DNA from: an uncultured Oscillibacter sp.
Lineage (GTDB): Bacteria; Bacillota; Clostridia; Oscillospirales; Oscillospiraceae
Reading direction: 5' to 3'
Length of the DNA: 64,000 nucleotides
NCBI GenBank assembly: GCA_910584995.1
Contig: CAJUDW010000011.1
Span: 644-64,643 of the forward strand
The position numbers and the translations under genes were made by a program. A model generated the notes under the pieces. That model saw only the letters and a program-made list of their open reading frames with translations, did no database searches and was not told where the DNA came from. Positions 59,798 to 64,000 of this stretch are shown in pieces. The first letter of the stretch is position 1, and each line of letters opens with the position of its first letter.

Positions 59798-60580
59798 TTA
59801 CTTCATGTCGTGGAGCCAGACGTACCGCTCATCCTCACAACGGTCGGTCTGGAGCCAGGGATTGCCGTCCAGGTGCCGGATCATCCAGCAGGTGTACATC
59901 TGGAATCCCGGGGCCACGGCTTGGGGATGCAGTTCCCCGCCGGGAATGGCAGAAAAGCTGTGATCCACGCTCTTGAACACCTGATCGCCCACGAAACTGG
60001 CACCAAAGCCCTCCGGACGGTCGAACAGGAAGAAGTAGGTCTCCGGCTGGGGATGCCGGTGGGGCAGATAGCCCGACCAGTTGCCCCGGTCGTTCAGTAC
60101 CTCCCCCAAGACCATGTTGGACTCGGGGCAGATATCGTGATCGAAAATGGTATTGACCCGGCGGTTAGCCACGTTGCCGAACTTGCCCTGGGAGGAATAC
60201 TTCCAGGGGGCGTCCTCCGGGGCGTACAGTTTGCTGGGGAAGGGCCGATCATTTTTCGTGCACTGCACCAGGATCTCCGTTTCGGCCTCCGCCGTCACGG
60301 CGATCTCCACGCCGGAAGCGGCATGGACGCACCAGGGGCCCTCGGTGAACACGTCCTTCCGGGAAACGGATTTCTCCTGTCCCTCCCAGGCGAAGGACAT
60401 TTTCCCGTTCAGCAGCAGCACGGCGATCTCCTCGCCTGCCCGGCAGAATTTCCGGGTCTCCCCGGCCTTCATCTTGTATACCCGCACGTCCATCAGCATA
60501 GCGGCATAGTCGCCGTCATAGGTGGTAAGCACCATCTCGCCGGACGCGTCAAAAGTGGGATATCCGAATACCTTGCTCAT
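59798..60580 (-). CDS. iolB: 5-deoxy-glucuronate isomerase
   Basis: GEV....GNWSGYLPHRHPQPETYFF, HPQ..APG..MY..W; directly downstream of iolD. Confidence 0.85.
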   Translation of the reverse strand: MSKVFGYPTFDASGEMVLTTYDGDYAAMLMDVRVYKMKAGETRKFCRAGEEIAVLLLNGKMSFAWEGQEKSVSRKDVFTEGPWCVHAASGVEIAVTAEAETEILVQCTKNDRPFPSKLYAPEDAPWKYSSQGKFGNVANRRVNTIFDHDICPESNMVLGEVLNDRGNWSGYLPHRHPQPETYFFLFDRPEGFGASFVGDQVFKSVDHSFSAIPGGELHPQAVAPGFQMYTCWMIRHLDGNPWLQTDRCEDERYVWLHDMK

Positions 60581-60599
60581 TGTTCCTGCGCCTCTTTTC

Positions 60600-62531
60600 T
60601 TAATACTTCCGGGCGATGTCCCGTCCGGCCTTCACCTCGTCCCAGGCCTCCCGGACGGACGCCTGCTGGGACACGTCGGCCAGGCCCACGTTCCACCAGG
60701 ACTCATAACCATCGGTCATGGTCTTGGGAATAACCTTCAGATCAAACAGGCAAGCCACGTCCTGCTTCTTGGCGTCCTCCAGGGCGGCCTCCAGTTCGGC
60801 GATGGTCCGGCAGGTGTAGGCCTTAAGGCCGTAGCCCTCGGCAATCTTCGCATAGTCCACGGGAATCAGATCCCCGCAGGGCTTCTTGCCGTCGGTATAG
60901 CGGAACTCGGTGGCGAGGCTGCCGATGCCGTGGGTCATCTCCAGGTTGTTGATGCAACCGAAGCCACAGTTGTCGAACACCAGGATGTTCACCTTCTGGC
61001 GCTCCTGCTGGATGGTCATGATCTCGCTGTGGAGCATCTGGAAGCTGGAGTCGCCCACCACGCAGTAGACCTCGTTGTCAGGCTCCGCGAATTTCACGCC
61101 CAGGGTGGCGGCCACCTCGTAGCCCATGCAGGAGTAGCCGTACTCGGCATGATAGCCGCCCCGCTTGTCGGTGGTCCACATCCGCTGCATACAGCTGGGC
61201 AGGGAGCCGCCGGCGGTGATGATGGTGGCATTATCATCGATGACGCGGCGGATGGCTGCCAGGGCGGCAGTCTGGGTGATCTTGCCGTTGGTCATCTTCA
61301 CGAACTCGGGAATCGTGCGGGGATCCCGGGCCTTGATGATGGGCTCGAAATCGTCCCCTGTGTACTCGATGCCGGCCAAGCGGACCATTTCCTTGTCCCA
61401 CACGGCCTTGGCGTCGGTGATCTCATTGGTATAGCCGGAGACATAACCCTTGGCCCGGAGTTTTCCGGCCAGGGCCTCCAGGGTGGTCTTCGCATCACCA
61501 ACAGCCTTCACGGCGTCCATCTTATAGGCGTGGAACCGGCAGTTGTTGATGGTAACGAACTGGGCGTCCCCGTTCTTGAAGAGCCACTTGGAACTGGTAG
61601 TAAAATCAGAGAGGCGGGAGCCGATAGCAATCACCACATCTGCATCCCGGGCGATGACGTTGGAGGCGTAGGTGCCCGTCACGCCGATGCCGCCCAGGCA
61701 GTAGGGGTGGCTGGACTTGCAGGCGCTCTTGCCGGCCTGGGTCTCGCCGAAGGGGATCTTGAACTCCTCGCAGAATTTCTCCACGGTCTCCCCGGCCTGG
61801 GAATACTTCACGCCGCCGCCCACGATAACCAGGGGCTTCTTGGCGCTGGCGATAACTGCGGCGATATCCTCCAGTTCCTCTTCCACGGCCACGGGACGGG
61901 TGATCCGGTGGACACGCTTTTTGAAGAAGTAGTCGGGGAAGTCAAAGGACTCGCCTTCCACATCCTGAGGCAAGCCAATGCAGCAGGCGCCGGTTTCGGC
62001 GGGGTCGGTGAGGACCCGCATGGCGTTGATGAGGGCCGTCATGACCTGCTCGGGACGGGTGATCCGGTCCCAATATTTGCAGACAGGCTTGAAGGCGTCG
62101 TTGGTGGAGACGGCCAGGCTGCTGCTCTGCTCCAGCTGCTGGAGCACCGGATCCGGCTGGCGGGAGGCGAAGGTATCCGCCGGGAATACCAGCAGGGGGA
62201 TATTGTTGACGGTAGCCGTAGCACAGGCCACCACCATGTTGGCGGCGCCGGGGCCCACGGAGGACGCGCAGGCGATAATCCGCTTGCGGTCGCTCTGCTT
62301 GGCAAAGGCGATGGCGGCGTGGCACATGCCCTGCTCGTTGCGGCCCTGCATCACCTTCAGGCCGCCGGGGTTGGAGTCCAGGGCCTCGCCCAGGCCCACG
62401 GCGATGCCATGGCCGAAGATGGTGAAGAAGCCCTCTACGAACTTGGTCTCCACACCGTCCATGGACACATACTGGTTGTCAAGGAATTTCACGATTGCCT
62501 GGGCTGTGGTCATTCTCGTTGTTTTGGACAT
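60600..62531 (-). CDS. iolD: 3D-(3,5/4)-trihydroxycyclohexane-1,2-dione acylhydrolase (ThDP-dependent)
   Basis: RMTTAQAIVKFL.NQY, IFGHG, QGRNEQGM.H.A, FASRQPDPVLQQ, YHAEYGYSCMGYE, GDSSFQMLHSE, DN.GFGCIN.L. Confidence 0.95.
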   Translation of the reverse strand: MSKTTRMTTAQAIVKFLDNQYVSMDGVETKFVEGFFTIFGHGIAVGLGEALDSNPGGLKVMQGRNEQGMCHAAIAFAKQSDRKRIIACASSVGPGAANMVVACATATVNNIPLLVFPADTFASRQPDPVLQQLEQSSSLAVSTNDAFKPVCKYWDRITRPEQVMTALINAMRVLTDPAETGACCIGLPQDVEGESFDFPDYFFKKRVHRITRPVAVEEELEDIAAVIASAKKPLVIVGGGVKYSQAGETVEKFCEEFKIPFGETQAGKSACKSSHPYCLGGIGVTGTYASNVIARDADVVIAIGSRLSDFTTSSKWLFKNGDAQFVTINNCRFHAYKMDAVKAVGDAKTTLEALAGKLRAKGYVSGYTNEITDAKAVWDKEMVRLAGIEYTGDDFEPIIKARDPRTIPEFVKMTNGKITQTAALAAIRRVIDDNATIITAGGSLPSCMQRMWTTDKRGGYHAEYGYSCMGYEVAATLGVKFAEPDNEVYCVVGDSSFQMLHSEIMTIQQERQKVNILVFDNCGFGCINNLEMTHGIGSLATEFRYTDGKKPCGDLIPVDYAKIAEGYGLKAYTCRTIAELEAALEDAKKQDVACLFDLKVIPKTMTDGYESWWNVGLADVSQQASVREAWDEVKAGRDIARKY

Positions 62532-62756
62532 TATGGTTGATCCTCCTCGTTTTTCATATCCAACATGCATCGGAACGGACGGCGGCAAACGCCGCCGTCC
62601 CCCCGCGATTTACCGGTTCCCCGCCCCGTCTGCGGCGGGAGGATATCATGCTTATTATAAGTCCCCATCCACGGGAGCACAAGCTGTTCTTCTAAAAAAT
62701 AATGTACAAATATTCCGGTAATAATTTGTAAAACTTACTGATCTGTCCGTAAATTT

Positions 62757-64000
62757 TTACATTTCCGCATCTTTGCCAGTTTCTCCCTCCGCCGTTTCCG
62801 GCAGAAGGGGGCCCTCCGGCTCCCTGGCGGCGGGAAGGGGCTCCGGCCCCTCCGTCAGGGCCAGGATCCGCCGGCCCTGGGCGGCAATCTCCGCAAAACG
62901 CGCCGCCTCCGGCCCCTTCTCCCCGGCGGCGCTCTCCGCCAGTTCCACCATGGCCTTGACCGGATCCCGGATATCCCGGCAGGTTTCCTCCAGCATCCGC
63001 TGCTCCAGCAGTTCCCGCCGCTTGTGCTCCGTAATATCCTGGGCCACGTACACCACCGTCTGGGGCATCCCCTCCTGGGTGCTCTGGGCCAGCACCGCCG
63101 TGGCGCGGATCCAGCCGCAGTCCTTTTCCCCGGGAACCTCCGCCCGCTTCCGGTACTCCATGGAAACCAGCGGGTGCCACCAGCGGAGGGTCTCCCGCCA
63201 GTTTTCCAGGTTCATGACCCGGAGGTATTCCTTCTGATCTCCCGGATGGATAAAATTCCTGGCGTAGACCTCCAGGGCCGCGCCGTAGTTCACCACGCCG
63301 CCCAGGACCTCCCCCACCTTGCCCAGCTGGTTCACCACCCGGAAGGTGCCTTCCTCCAAATCCACATAGTAAGTAGAAAAGAACAGCCCGCTCATGCTGC
63401 GGATGATCTCCGTCCGGTCCCGCAGGGCCCGGCTGCTGTTCTCCTCCCTCTCCCGTTCCCGGGTGATGTCCCGGCCCAGGATGTTGGCCGTCAGCCGCTC
63501 CTCCCCCTCCAGGGAGGGCTTCTGGCGGCTGTAGATCACGTGCTGCTCCAGCCACCGCACCGGCTCCCCCCGCAGGCGGTAGCGGCACACCTCCTCCAGG
63601 TATTCCCCGGCTTCCGCCGCCTGCTTCCGGAGATGATCCAGGGACAGGGACCGCAGAAATTCCGCCCGGTCCTCCGGATGAACGAACTCCTCCGCCGCCC
63701 GGTGGATATAGGCCTCATAGTCCCCGCTCTGGCTGTCCAGGTTGGTACCTACCTTATCCAGGAACACCCGCTCGCACAGGCCTGTGTGCAAATCCACCGT
63801 ATTCATGATCTGATAGCGGGATTTCAAAACCGCCGCCATCTGGATATCCCGCTGGGTGTGGGCCAGTTCCTGCCGGACCCGCCCGTCCACGTCCTGGGCC
63901 GCCAGGACCGCGTAGTTCCGGCCGTCACGTTCCTCCCCCAGCCGGGCGGAGGCGGAGACGTAGCGGTACGCCCCCTCCTTCCCCCAGAGGTAGATGTATT
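62757..64000 (-). CDS. PAS-domain protein with a degenerate DHp-like C-terminus (5' end outside the window)
   Basis: Frame open from the window edge (YIYLWGKEGAYRYV...AAQDVD); repeated PAS/PAC motifs FVHPEDR, RWLEQ...GRDIT, FIHPGDQ and WIRAT...QDITE. Confidence 0.8.
   Translation of the reverse strand, partial: YIYLWGKEGAYRYVSASARLGEERDGRNYAVLAAQDVDGRVRQELAHTQRDIQMAAVLKSRYQIMNTVDLHTGLCERVFLDKVGTNLDSQSGDYEAYIHRAAEEFVHPEDRAEFLRSLSLDHLRKQAAEAGEYLEEVCRYRLRGEPVRWLEQHVIYSRQKPSLEGEERLTANILGRDITREREREENSSRALRDRTEIIRSMSGLFFSTYYVDLEEGTFRVVNQLGKVGEVLGGVVNYGAALEVYARNFIHPGDQKEYLRVMNLENWRETLRWWHPLVSMEYRKRAEVPGEKDCGWIRATAVLAQSTQEGMPQTVVYVAQDITEHKRRELLEQRMLEETCRDIRDPVKAMVELAESAAGEKGPEAARFAEIAAQGRRILALTEGPEPLPAAREPEGPLLPETAEGETGKDAEM

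Overview
GC-rich chromosomal window from an anaerobic Firmicute. Gene content and repeat style suggest Clostridia, probably Oscillospiraceae (inference). It is mostly housekeeping and metabolic genes: tRNA/rRNA modification (mtaB, truA, tsaE/tsaB, RlmA- and RlmI-like methyltransferases), rny, a T-box-controlled thrS, an ECF transporter module, a Clp ATPase, an alpha-galactoside ABC/GH36/AraC locus, a SufC/SufB-like pair, a TAXI-TRAP transporter, a MacAB-like exporter co-encoded with an SLH protein, an ECF sigma/anti-sigma pair and iolD/iolB. Partial PAS signalling genes lie at both edges. I saw no tRNA, rRNA, CRISPR array, integrase or transposase. The most unusual items are: (1) a ~610 bp non-coding foldback element beside a low-GC cassette of two tandem-duplicated HTH genes and a divergent small ORF; (2) a circularly permuted TAXI substrate-binding protein; (3) an ORF-less RNA resembling group II intron domain I, lying between two terminators; (4) a doubled membrane-fusion protein plus SLH protein in an export operon; (5) a PAS protein ending in a His-less DHp-like helix with no ATPase domain. 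All family calls come from motif recognition by eye; no searches were run.
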